This document shows positions 37,385 through 44,772 of a DNA stretch of 45,289 bases, one piece after another. Both the position numbers and the translations under genes were made by a program. Every line of letters begins with the position of its first letter. Within the stretch, counting starts at the first letter, position 1. The notes beneath the pieces were generated by a model. The model was not told where the DNA came from. It saw only the letters and a list, made by a program, of their open reading frames with translations, and made no database searches. The stretch is from a virus. Its lineage: Duplodnaviria > Caudoviricetes. The stretch spans positions 1-45,289 of IMG/VR virus record IMGVR_UViG_3300048858_000024; one strand, given 5' to 3'.

Positions 37385-39174
37385 CCTTCACTGTACGGGA
37401 CGCAAACGGCAATCCAGCTCCTGCTTCGCCTGAGCAGATCGCGCAAATTCAGGCCGAGTTGGCCATTCCTACGACCGCCGCTGACATCGACGCAGCGGGT
37501 GGCCTCACGAAGGAACAGGCCGCTTCCGGCCAAGGTGTCCTCGCCTCTGGGCTGGCTCCGGGGAGCGAGGCGGATGTGCGGGTCGGTGAGCTTGAGGAAG
37601 GCGCGGCGAGCATTCCGGTCGCGGTCATCGAAGCGGTGCAAGCGCGAGACCAGGCAGTCGCAGCAGCAGCAACCCCGGCCCTAGCCATCCAGAAAGACCC
37701 GGCCACCCCAACCGTACCGCCTGCAGGTGTTGCGAGCGGCAGCCAGTATTGGGCCGCAGTGGCTGATGGCCTCCAGCTTTACCTCAACACCGGGGGTGTT
37801 GGTGCGCCGGTGAGTCCGGCTGTGGTGCAGTATGGGAAGGCGGCGGTAGATGCCATCGCTAGCAGAGTACCGACTGGTCGATACTACTTCGAGGGTAAGC
37901 AGGTTGTCTCGGCCATCGTCGATGACAAGCTGATTCCTACTGAAGTCACTTTTATCAACTACACGCATGTCAACCGCGCAAAGCCGTTTGGGCCGACATA
38001 TGTGGAAAGCCTTGCTCTGCAGGATTGGGGCATCAGCCCTGGTGAGCGGTACTATCTGGCCGGACGCCAAGTTGATTACGCCACGGTCAGCCGGAACCTA
38101 CAGCCAAGCGAAGCCCGATTCTTGGATGGCTCCCCCTACAAGCCGCCAGCGCCCGCAGATTGGGCTCAAATATCTGGTGATGGTCGGCAATACGTTGGTT
38201 ATGGCGAAGTCGGCTTCGCGGTCGTCGATAAGGATAGCCGGGTTGCCAGCGCGGTCTTTCAAGACGGTTCCGGCTACGATCCCACTGCCAGTGTCACAGC
38301 AGCAGTCGGAGATCCAATCCTTTGTAATGGCGACAGTCTCACCGCAAGCAATTACCCAGAGGCTCTTGCGGCGCTAACAGGCCGAGAGGTATTCAAGCTC
38401 GCCATGGGGGGGCAAACGAGCCGACAGATCGTCGGGCGGGCTTCGGCTGTCGCGTACAGGCTTACGTTGAGCGGCGACCAGATCGTCGCCGGGGCTAATA
38501 GTGTTACAGCTATCAATGGACAACCGATCCAGGGCTACACCTCGCTGGACAATACAAACGTCCAGTTCCTCTCCACGCCGCAGAACAGCTCGCCTTTAAG
38601 TGCAACCGGTTTCTTGGGTGCTGTACATGGAACGCTGACAAGATCCGCATCTGGCGGCATTCCATCTACTGCGGAAACGTATAGTTTCGTCCCTGATGCG
38701 GGCTATCCCCTTCCGCTCAAGCTCCAGCCAGAGACACCGTTTATCGTTGATCTTAACAAAGACAACTGGGTGGTCATCAATTGGATGGGTTCCAACAATA
38801 AGAGTGACTTCACGCAGGTCATGGCCGATTTTGACGCGGTTTACCGCCGCTTCGGGCCTGATCGGTTGGTCTTTATCGGCCCCTTGGGGAACGCCAACGA
38901 TATTATCGGCTCGACCGGGCATGGTTACACTCAAGCGATCCAAAATGCGCTCGCGGAGAAGTATCCCCGCAACTTCTTGCCGTTGAGGCGGCAGTTGATT
39001 GACTTGGCGCTGTCGGAGCTTGGCCTCCAGCCCACCAATCAGGACTTGATCGACCAAGCTAATGACATCCTCCCAGCGCAGCTACGCAGCGATGAGGTCC
39101 ACCCAACCGCTTTCGTGAACACCAATTTCATCGCCCCTAAAATAGCGGCATTTCTTACAATGAAGGGTCTCTAA
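37381..39174 (+). CDS. Tail-associated SGNH/GDSL hydrolase (esterase spike)
   Basis: Blocks GDSLT, GGQTS, GSNN, DEVHP; N-terminal structural part with three RYY-type repeats. Confidence 0.82.
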   Translation: MTFTVRDANGNPAPASPEQIAQIQAELAIPTTAADIDAAGGLTKEQAASGQGVLASGLAPGSEADVRVGELEEGAASIPVAVIEAVQARDQAVAAAATPALAIQKDPATPTVPPAGVASGSQYWAAVADGLQLYLNTGGVGAPVSPAVVQYGKAAVDAIASRVPTGRYYFEGKQVVSAIVDDKLIPTEVTFINYTHVNRAKPFGPTYVESLALQDWGISPGERYYLAGRQVDYATVSRNLQPSEARFLDGSPYKPPAPADWAQISGDGRQYVGYGEVGFAVVDKDSRVASAVFQDGSGYDPTASVTAAVGDPILCNGDSLTASNYPEALAALTGREVFKLAMGGQTSRQIVGRASAVAYRLTLSGDQIVAGANSVTAINGQPIQGYTSLDNTNVQFLSTPQNSSPLSATGFLGAVHGTLTRSASGGIPSTAETYSFVPDAGYPLPLKLQPETPFIVDLNKDNWVVINWMGSNNKSDFTQVMADFDAVYRRFGPDRLVFIGPLGNANDIIGSTGHGYTQAIQNALAEKYPRNFLPLRRQLIDLALSELGLQPTNQDLIDQANDILPAQLRSDEVHPTAFVNTNFIAPKIAAFLTMKGL

Positions 39175-39175
39175 A

Positions 39176-40039
39176 ATGGCTAATTCTCTTTTGTTCAAGT
39201 CGCCGACTTCATTCGCCGCTGATCGCCCTGTACTCACTAAAGACCCGATGATCCGGCCCGGTTCGAAGTTTACTTTCGACTTCACGGACGCGCGTTGCCA
39301 CCCTGGCGGCGTGATCACGCAGGGAGCAGTCGCGGCGGGTGCCAAGTTCGCATCACTCGATGCCGCGCCCGTCGAGGCATCTCTTGGCGGAACCAACCCC
39401 GGTATTACAGTAGCTGCTGATGGCTCCATCGTCTTTGATGGAACCGGAGGTTCGGGGCAGTTTCTCCAGATCGGCACCGTGGGGCAGTTCGACATGAGCA
39501 CCGCACCTTACGAGATGGTGTTCATTGCGCACTTGAAAGTCCCGGCCTCTGGTTACACGGCCACGGACAGTTGGAATTTGATGCGCAGTGGCGGCACTGC
39601 CAACGAAAGCCAGTTCTACTTGGGCATGGGCACTGGCGGCTTGGTCCCCCGGTTCTCGGTCGGCAACGGTAGTGGATCGTCGGGCGGCTCGCCTACACTC
39701 GGCAACATCACGCCTGGACAGATCATCCAGCTTGGCGTGCGGTTTGATCCCGGTGCCTATATCGGAAACTTCCGCGATGGCTCGCCTGTCGGCACGCCTT
39801 CTACGTCCGGGGTTACATCGACACTGGGCGCCAACCAGACCTATGGCATCAACTTCCTGAACGTCGGAAAATACACTCTCTCGCGCGTTGAGTTGGTCAA
39901 CATCGATGCGTCTCTCGCCAAGGAAACCGTATGGGGCCTTGCTGACGCCGACAAGCTATCTGCCGCGATGCACATCCAGCGCGACTACCAGTTTTGCAAG
40001 AACTTGCTGACTGCCGCTCCGAAGGTGCCGTTTGCATAA
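39176..40039 (+). CDS. Beta-rich Gly/Ser/Thr protein (lectin-like?)
   Basis: Follows SGNH gene by 1 nt; fold is a guess from composition. Confidence 0.65.
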   Translation: MANSLLFKSPTSFAADRPVLTKDPMIRPGSKFTFDFTDARCHPGGVITQGAVAAGAKFASLDAAPVEASLGGTNPGITVAADGSIVFDGTGGSGQFLQIGTVGQFDMSTAPYEMVFIAHLKVPASGYTATDSWNLMRSGGTANESQFYLGMGTGGLVPRFSVGNGSGSSGGSPTLGNITPGQIIQLGVRFDPGAYIGNFRDGSPVGTPSTSGVTSTLGANQTYGINFLNVGKYTLSRVELVNIDASLAKETVWGLADADKLSAAMHIQRDYQFCKNLLTAAPKVPFA

Positions 40040-40130
40040 CGGCCCGATCTAATCCGTGCACCCTCTGACCTATGCCCCCGCGCATGATCCCGAGAGGCCA
40101 TCCTGATGCCTGATCGCGAAGGAATTGCCC

Positions 40131-40475
40131 ATGCCTGATGGAAACGCCGCACAGGTCCGCGCCATCGCCGACCAGGTGGCAGAGGCGGCAATCCTCAAAT
40201 TCACGTCGGAGCACCCGGTCATCGCGAAAGAGCTGCCCGACGCCAAGGTGCCTGCTCCGCTCAAGTGGGCTGGCGTGATCGTCGCGGGCATCATGTCGGT
40301 AGGTTCTGCCGGGATGCTGTTCTGGATGATCAGCTCCATCAGCCAGATGCAGCTCACCCTGGCCCGCATGGACGAACGCCAGTCGTCAAACACGACGAAC
40401 TGGGAGGCCAAGTTCCGCGGGCTCGATGAGCGCATGGGACGGCTTGAGGCGCAGAAGGAGAAGCGCGATGAGTGA
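40131..40475 (+). CDS. Single-TM coiled-coil protein of lysis cassette
   Basis: WAGVIVAGIMSVGSAGMLFWMI; AAGGA RBS. Confidence 0.7.
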   Translation: MPDGNAAQVRAIADQVAEAAILKFTSEHPVIAKELPDAKVPAPLKWAGVIVAGIMSVGSAGMLFWMISSISQMQLTLARMDERQSSNTTNWEAKFRGLDERMGRLEAQKEKRDE

Positions 40476-41181
40476 TCTACGCAAGATCCAGGCCCACCTT
40501 GGCGTGCCTGCTGACGGGCTGCTCGGTCCTGCCACGCTGGCCGCGATCGCGAAGGCGCTGGGGCTTAGCGAGCCTCGTCACGCACTTGCCCGCCCCGCCG
40601 ACTTCTTCGCCGCTGTACGTAAAATCACCGGGCCGCTCGACAACACGCAGGTCGCGACGATCAACGGTCTACTGGAGGCAGCTGCGCACTGGCCGATCGG
40701 GTGGCTGGCTTACGGGTTCGCGACCGCCTGGGGTGAGTGCAAGCTCCGCCCTATAGACGAGATCGGCAAGGGTCACGGCAAGGCCTACGGAAAGCCGGGT
40801 GCCCGCATGAAGGCCGTCCCGAACCCGCCGAGCTATGGCGGGCAGATCCCCTACGGGCGCGGCTTGGTGCAGCTGACTTGGTGCGACAACTTCGAGTGGG
40901 CCGACAAGGTCTGCGCTGAGGCTGGGCTCATCAAGAAGGGTGACATCCTCGCCAACTTCGACCTCGTGAAGCGGCCGGACATTGCAGCCTTCATCCTTGT
41001 GAAGGGCATGGAAACGGGTGCCTTCACCGGCAAGAAGCTAGCGGACTATATCACCGCCCGCGGCAGCCCTGTTGAGTTTGTACCGGCGCGCCGGATCATC
41101 AACGGGAATGACAAGGCGGCGCAGTTCGGGGGTTACGCTGAGGGCTTCTTGGTGGCGCTGGATGCGGGAGGCTACGCATGA
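40468..41181 (+). CDS. Endolysin, GH19-like with short peptidoglycan-binding N-terminus
   Basis: DGLLGPAT; AY.FATA.GE; YGRGLVQLT; ARRIING. Confidence 0.9.
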   Translation: MSDLRKIQAHLGVPADGLLGPATLAAIAKALGLSEPRHALARPADFFAAVRKITGPLDNTQVATINGLLEAAAHWPIGWLAYGFATAWGECKLRPIDEIGKGHGKAYGKPGARMKAVPNPPSYGGQIPYGRGLVQLTWCDNFEWADKVCAEAGLIKKGDILANFDLVKRPDIAAFILVKGMETGAFTGKKLADYITARGSPVEFVPARRIINGNDKAAQFGGYAEGFLVALDAGGYA

Positions 41182-41480
41182 CCTGGACCACCGCCCTACG
41201 CGGCACCAGCGGCACGATCGAACTCAACCGGCTCGTCGGCTTCGTTGGAGGCATGGCCTACGTCGGATGCGCCAATGTCTTCGTGGCCTGGGACACGATG
41301 GTGAAGGGCCACGACTTCGACATCACCGCCTACTGCCTCTCGTTCCCCGCCGGCCTGGCTGTGGTCGCTGGTGGCACTGCGGCGGCTGTCGCGCTCAAGG
41401 ACCGGCAGGTTGCTACGGCCCATGTCATCCAAGAGACGGGCTCTCAGCCAGGCAAGGCTGCGGAAGGAGCGGCGGCATGA
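41178..41480 (+). CDS. Putative holin
   Basis: Two hydrophobic segments; between endolysin and spanins. Confidence 0.65.
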   Translation: MTWTTALRGTSGTIELNRLVGFVGGMAYVGCANVFVAWDTMVKGHDFDITAYCLSFPAGLAVVAGGTAAAVALKDRQVATAHVIQETGSQPGKAAEGAAA

Positions 41481-41887
41481 CCCTGATCCTCCCCCTGCTC
41501 GCGCACCTCGGTATCCCTGACACCCTTCGTAAGCCAGTCCAGTACCTCGTACTCGCCCTGGTGGCAGCCGGCCTCATCTGGGCAGCCGTGGCAGCCTACA
41601 ACGCCGCAGTAATCGATCGCCACGAAGAGCGCCGCGCCGTCGACCAGATCCCCGCAATCGAGAAGTCGGCCGAGGAACGCGCGATCGATGCGGTCACGAA
41701 CATCATGGCGGAGAAGGAGCGTGAAGCGGAGATCGACAAGGTAGCGCGCGACGAAGCTGCCAAGCCTCCCGAAGCGCGCGCCACCCTAGACCCCTATGCC
41801 ACCGCTGCCGCGTGCACCGTGCTCAGGCAGCAGCATTCCGCCGCCGTGCTGGCCAAGCTCGAGAACTACAAGGAGATGTGCCGGTGA
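41477..41887 (+). CDS. i-spanin (Rz-like)
   Basis: N-terminal TM YLVLALVAAGLIWAAVAAY followed by helical domain. Confidence 0.65.
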   Translation: MTLILPLLAHLGIPDTLRKPVQYLVLALVAAGLIWAAVAAYNAAVIDRHEERRAVDQIPAIEKSAEERAIDAVTNIMAEKEREAEIDKVARDEAAKPPEARATLDPYATAAACTVLRQQHSAAVLAKLENYKEMCR

Positions 41888-42147
41888 AGTACGCCACTTG
41901 CCTGCTCGCCCTGGCACTCGCTGGCTGCAACACCACCAAAGGTGCCATCCTAGTCGGCCACCCACCTAAGGCCGACGTGGTGGCAGTGACCGAAGCCAAA
42001 CCGGTCGCCGGCGCGGACATCCTCACGCCTCAGGGCAATGCGCGGTACAACTCGGCGGTGTCAGCCTGGGGGAATAGGATCGCGAGCGCGGGACTGCGTC
42101 TTTGCCGGTTCTTCAAGGCTGGCGGGATGGATGTGGAGTGCCAGTAG
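41884..42147 (+). CDS. o-spanin (Rz1-like lipoprotein)
   Basis: GTG start; MKYATCLLALALAGC lipobox. Confidence 0.7.
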   Translation: MKYATCLLALALAGCNTTKGAILVGHPPKADVVAVTEAKPVAGADILTPQGNARYNSAVSAWGNRIASAGLRLCRFFKAGGMDVECQ

Positions 42148-42148
42148 C

Positions 42149-42222
42149 TGGTTCCCCGTCATGGATTCGAACCACGATCTGCGCGCTCAAAACACGCGGT
42201 CCTGCCGTTAGACGAACGGGGA
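42149..42222 (-). tRNA. tRNA-Gln(TTG)
   Basis: TCCCCGT/ACGGGGA acceptor; GTC/GAC D-stem; GCGTG-TTTTGAG-CGCGC; CGTGG-TTCGAAT-CCATG; A-CCA. Confidence 0.9.
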
Positions 42223-42223
42223 A

Positions 42224-42295
42224 TGGCACCAGAGGAGGGGATCGAACCCTCGCAGCGCGGTTTTGGAGACCGTCTGGCGTCCTACGCTCTCTGAT
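42224..42295 (-). tRNA. tRNA-Trp(CCA), aberrant D arm
   Basis: ATCAGAG/CTCTGGT acceptor; CGGT-CTCCAAA-ACCG; GAGGG-TTCGATC-CCCTC; G-CCA; D arm reduced to GCGT-AGG-ACGC. Confidence 0.78.
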
Positions 42296-42296
42296 G

Positions 42297-42370
42297 TGGA
42301 GCCCCGCCAGGGAGTTGAACCCTGCTCACCGAGTTACAAGGACGGTGCATCGCCACAATGCTTGAAGGGC
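42297..42370 (-). tRNA. tRNA-Thr(TGT), mismatched anticodon stem
   Basis: GCCCTTC/GCGGGGC acceptor; GCAT/ATGC D-stem; CCGTC-CTTGTAA-CTCGG; CAGGG-TTCAACT-CCCTG; T-CCA. Confidence 0.8.
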
Positions 42371-42371
42371 T

Positions 42372-42447
42372 TGGTCTGGGTGAGAGGTCTCGAACCTCCG
42401 ATCTCCGGCTCCCAAGGCCGGCGCTTTACCAACTAAGCTACACCCAG
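42372..42447 (-). tRNA. tRNA-Pro(TGG)
   Basis: Canonical cloverleaf: CTGGGTG/CACCCAG; GCTT/AAGC; CCGGC-CTTGGGA-GCCGG; GGAGG-TTCGAGA-CCTCT; A-CCA. Confidence 0.95.
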
Positions 42448-42451
42448 ATAA

Positions 42452-42642
42452 TGGTGCAGCCGCCTGCGTCACCATCACCAAAGAGGTGTGGGTCGCGGTC
42501 GCTGTTGTTGGCGGGTCGTTCGGTTCATTGCGCTTACTTATCAGGTCGCGCCTCGCGCTGCAAGGCCGGTTCTGCTTGTCGATCGCCTACTAAACACAAG
42601 CCGCGTTGTGTATCGTGAAAGCCGGTTTCACGAACGACAAGC
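42452..42642 (-). ncRNA. Candidate structured RNA(s) leading the tRNA array
   Basis: 42452-42562 closed by TGCAGC/GCTGCA then CCA; 42575-42642 closed by GCTTGTCG/CGACAAGC around two hairpins. Confidence 0.35.
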
Positions 42643-42662
42643 TTGACCGACTCGCCTCCAAT

Positions 42663-42677
42663 GTTCTCCTAGTGTTC
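42663..42677 (+). promoter_or_regulatory. Alphaproteobacterial LexA (SOS) box
   Basis: GTTC-TCCTAGT-GTTC, 2 nt before ATG at 42680. Confidence 0.78.
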
Positions 42678-42679
42678 TC

Positions 42680-42856
42680 ATGCGCCGCATCGCTCTCGAA
42701 CAACCGGATGGTACGCTCTACAGCTGGCCCGATGGCAAGCCTGTCACCTTCAAGACGGTGTCGCTGGCAAGCCGCTTCGTGGCACCGGGTGAGCGCCTGA
42801 AGCCCATCGACGTGCCTGACGACCACGTGGACGCTGGTGTCTCTGGTCCGCACTGA
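42680..42856 (+). CDS. Small protein behind SOS box (58 aa, not in ORF track)
   Basis: MRRIALEQPDGTLYSWPDGKPVTFKTVSLASRFVAPGERLKPIDVPDDHVDAGVSGPH; TGATG-coupled to next gene. Confidence 0.65.
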   Translation: MRRIALEQPDGTLYSWPDGKPVTFKTVSLASRFVAPGERLKPIDVPDDHVDAGVSGPH

Positions 42857-43116
42857 TGCCGAAGAAGGATCGAAACCGGCCTGCCTGGACGGAGAGCCTT
42901 GGCGCCCTGATCGCTGCCGGACGCGAGGTGCGAGCCTGGTGCGATACCTGTGACGCCCCGTTCGTGGTGGTGGATTTGGTGAGGCTGGCGGCTCTCAAGG
43001 GAGCGTCGTATAGTTTATGGAATCGCCACACCAAGTGCCGGCTCACCGAGGGCTGTGAAGGCTGGAACCGCTTCTATTGCGATGGGCGGAGCATGTTTGA
43101 GAAGATGAGGGACTAG
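42856..43116 (+). CDS. Small Zn-ribbon protein
   Basis: VRAWCDTC...VDLVRL...KCRLTEGC. Confidence 0.75.
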   Translation: MPKKDRNRPAWTESLGALIAAGREVRAWCDTCDAPFVVVDLVRLAALKGASYSLWNRHTKCRLTEGCEGWNRFYCDGRSMFEKMRD

Positions 43117-43313
43117 CTCTCAGCCGGTGTCTGGATCAGGTGGAGACGCCAAACCCCGTCGCCCCGGTCCTCGACGCGATCAACAATGGCGTGATCATCG
43201 CCTAACTTGACGGCATGGCCGGTCCAATCCTTCCGGCCTCTGTCGTGCCAAGCGAGGGCATCTGCGTGAATGTCCGCCCACATACCAGCGGGGGTGACTG
43301 TGATCTGCATCAT
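43113..43313 (-). CDS. Hypothetical protein
   Basis: Last gene of coupled right-end operon. Confidence 0.6.
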   Translation of the reverse strand: MMQITVTPAGMWADIHADALAWHDRGRKDWTGHAVKLGDDHAIVDRVEDRGDGVWRLHLIQTPAES

Positions 43314-43561
43314 GCGCCCTCAGCGATGGCCGCATCGATCATCGTGTGGTAGACGGAGATCGGCTGAACCCCTTCACCTCGAAGTACGATCAGGTGGTCA
43401 CCGGCGTCTAGCATCGCATCACTCGGCTCCCTGATCGCCTCCAGCACCGCCTTTACGCTCTCGATCACCTGCTCCTGAAGCTCAGGCTCAAGCGCGTCGA
43501 AGCTGTCGGTGCCGCTTTCCTTGAGGACGAGGGCGCGGGCTGCTCTAGCGAGTGGCGTCAT
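43310..43561 (-). CDS. Hypothetical protein
   Basis: AIREPSDAML...MIDAAI motif; GGAG RBS. Confidence 0.7.
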   Translation of the reverse strand: MTPLARAARALVLKESGTDSFDALEPELQEQVIESVKAVLEAIREPSDAMLDAGDHLIVLRGEGVQPISVYHTMIDAAIAEGA

Positions 43562-43694
43562 GTCGTATCTCCGGTCCAAACCGCATCGTCTTTAGCTCTG
43601 CTGCCAGAATGCGCAGCCTGATACTATCGCCCACCCTGCCCTGGCGTTGGAGCTTCACGGCGTTGCGGATGATCTGGTGTTGTTCGTCGGTCAT
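43545..43694 (-). CDS. Hypothetical protein (49 aa, not in ORF track)
   Basis: MTDEQHQIIRNAVKLQRQG...; ATGA coupling. Confidence 0.5.
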   Translation of the reverse strand: MTDEQHQIIRNAVKLQRQGRVGDSIRLRILAAELKTMRFGPEIRHDATR

Positions 43695-43948
43695 GGCGAC
43701 TCGGTAACATCGGGCGCGGGGTGTAGGAAAGCGCTGCTTTGTCGCTTCATGTCCACCGCGCCCTCAGCCATCCAGTCAGCGATGATCCGCATGCAGCTTG
43801 CTGTGTCGTCACCGGTCGTTTCGATCAGCGGGCCATCCATGTAGACGAGGCGGCTGCGGATTGAGCCATCCGGCTGCCGGTAGAACTCGACCGTGCACAG
43901 GTGGCTGCCCTGTGGCTCGGCTTGGCGAAGGCTTACTAGTTCACCCAT
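43691..43948 (-). CDS. Hypothetical protein
   Basis: AAGGAG RBS before MGELVSL. Confidence 0.65.
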   Translation of the reverse strand: MGELVSLRQAEPQGSHLCTVEFYRQPDGSIRSRLVYMDGPLIETTGDDTASCMRIIADWMAEGAVDMKRQSSAFLHPAPDVTESP

Positions 43949-44129
43949 CGTGCTGCTCCTTGCTGGCGAGGAAGGCATTACCGTTTGCCCGTTCGATGAC
44001 CGTCTGCGCGAAGTCGTGATCGCAAACCTTCATTCCCGGCCATGTCCAGACGACGCGGGCAACCTCGTTCCACTCTTGCGCTGTGAGCCCGCCGAGCCTC
44101 ACCTCACCCGGCTTGAGTTCCTTGGTCAC
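43941..44129 (-). CDS. Hypothetical protein
   Basis: Coupled ORF. Confidence 0.6.
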   Translation of the reverse strand: MTKELKPGEVRLGGLTAQEWNEVARVVWTWPGMKVCDHDFAQTVIERANGNAFLASKEQHDG

Positions 44130-44398
44130 TCCCGCACGCCTTCAAGGGCGGCGATGATGCGCAGCCAGTCGCGATCCTCCAGCACTAAGTCTTGGCTGTC
44201 GGGCGCCACACCTAAGAGGCGCGTCTTGATCAGGCGAGCCAAGTCGTCATTCGCTGGTGAAGGTGAAGCGGACGTCGACCTATGGCGTGCACAGAAAGCC
44301 TCATCCGCTGGCGCGCGTTTCCGGCAATTCGGGACGATGCACCATGCATCCTCCGGCACACTCTGGGCGACGGCGAAGACCTTTGGGTCACGGTTCAT
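44126..44398 (-). CDS. Hypothetical protein with Cys/His Zn motif
   Basis: CIVPNC...FCARH. Confidence 0.65.
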   Translation of the reverse strand: MNRDPKVFAVAQSVPEDAWCIVPNCRKRAPADEAFCARHRSTSASPSPANDDLARLIKTRLLGVAPDSQDLVLEDRDWLRIIAALEGVRE

Positions 44399-44772
44399 GG
44401 CAAGGTTTCTCCGTTTTCTTTACACGTCGCTCGGACCTGCAAAGATTGTGCGAGTTTCTTTCTGTTCGTGCCCGCTACCGCCCCTTGAACAGACTCAGGA
44501 ACCCACATGGCCTCCCGAACGACTCCGTGATGGCCGCACTCGTGGCAGCCGCTGCCTCGGCTATCAAAGCCGTACCCGCAGCCCGAGCAAGCGGCGGTCC
44601 ACGATACCGAGCGGCATAGACCGCCTTCGACGAAAGCCCATGACCGCCGCCGATCAAGCCTTCGACCCACGCGCGCGTCTGCATCCTCCCAGGTGATGGG
44701 CTGATCGTCGTGCTCGATCATGCCGTCGCTGGTGATGGTGGTCTCGCCACGAACGATGACGCTGCCGGCCAT
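44395..44772 (-). CDS. Hypothetical Zn-finger protein
   Basis: CSGC...GCHECG. Confidence 0.65.
   Translation of the reverse strand: MAGSVIVRGETTITSDGMIEHDDQPITWEDADARVGRRLDRRRSWAFVEGGLCRSVSWTAACSGCGYGFDSRGSGCHECGHHGVVREAMWVPESVQGAVAGTNRKKLAQSLQVRATCKENGETLP

Noticed and set aside
37360-37390. Frameshift fusing tube paralogue to SGNH spike
   Set aside because: No X-XXY-YYZ heptamer near the junction; the ATGA overlap is explained by translational coupling
42149-42447. Suppressor or selenocysteine tRNA, or genetic-code reassignment
   Set aside because: Centred anticodons are TTG, CCA, TGT and TGG; none reads a stop, and genes end normally in TAA, TAG and TGA
42500-42550. Hammerhead-like CTGATAAG...CGAA on the minus strand
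   Set aside because: Core should be CUGAnGA...GAAA with three stems; both motifs mismatch and the stems could not be built
42102-42853. ORFs 42102-42365, 42358-42618, 42590-42853 and 42606-42800
   Set aside because: They overlap the tRNA array, structured leader or the SOS-boxed ORF and have no protein-like features
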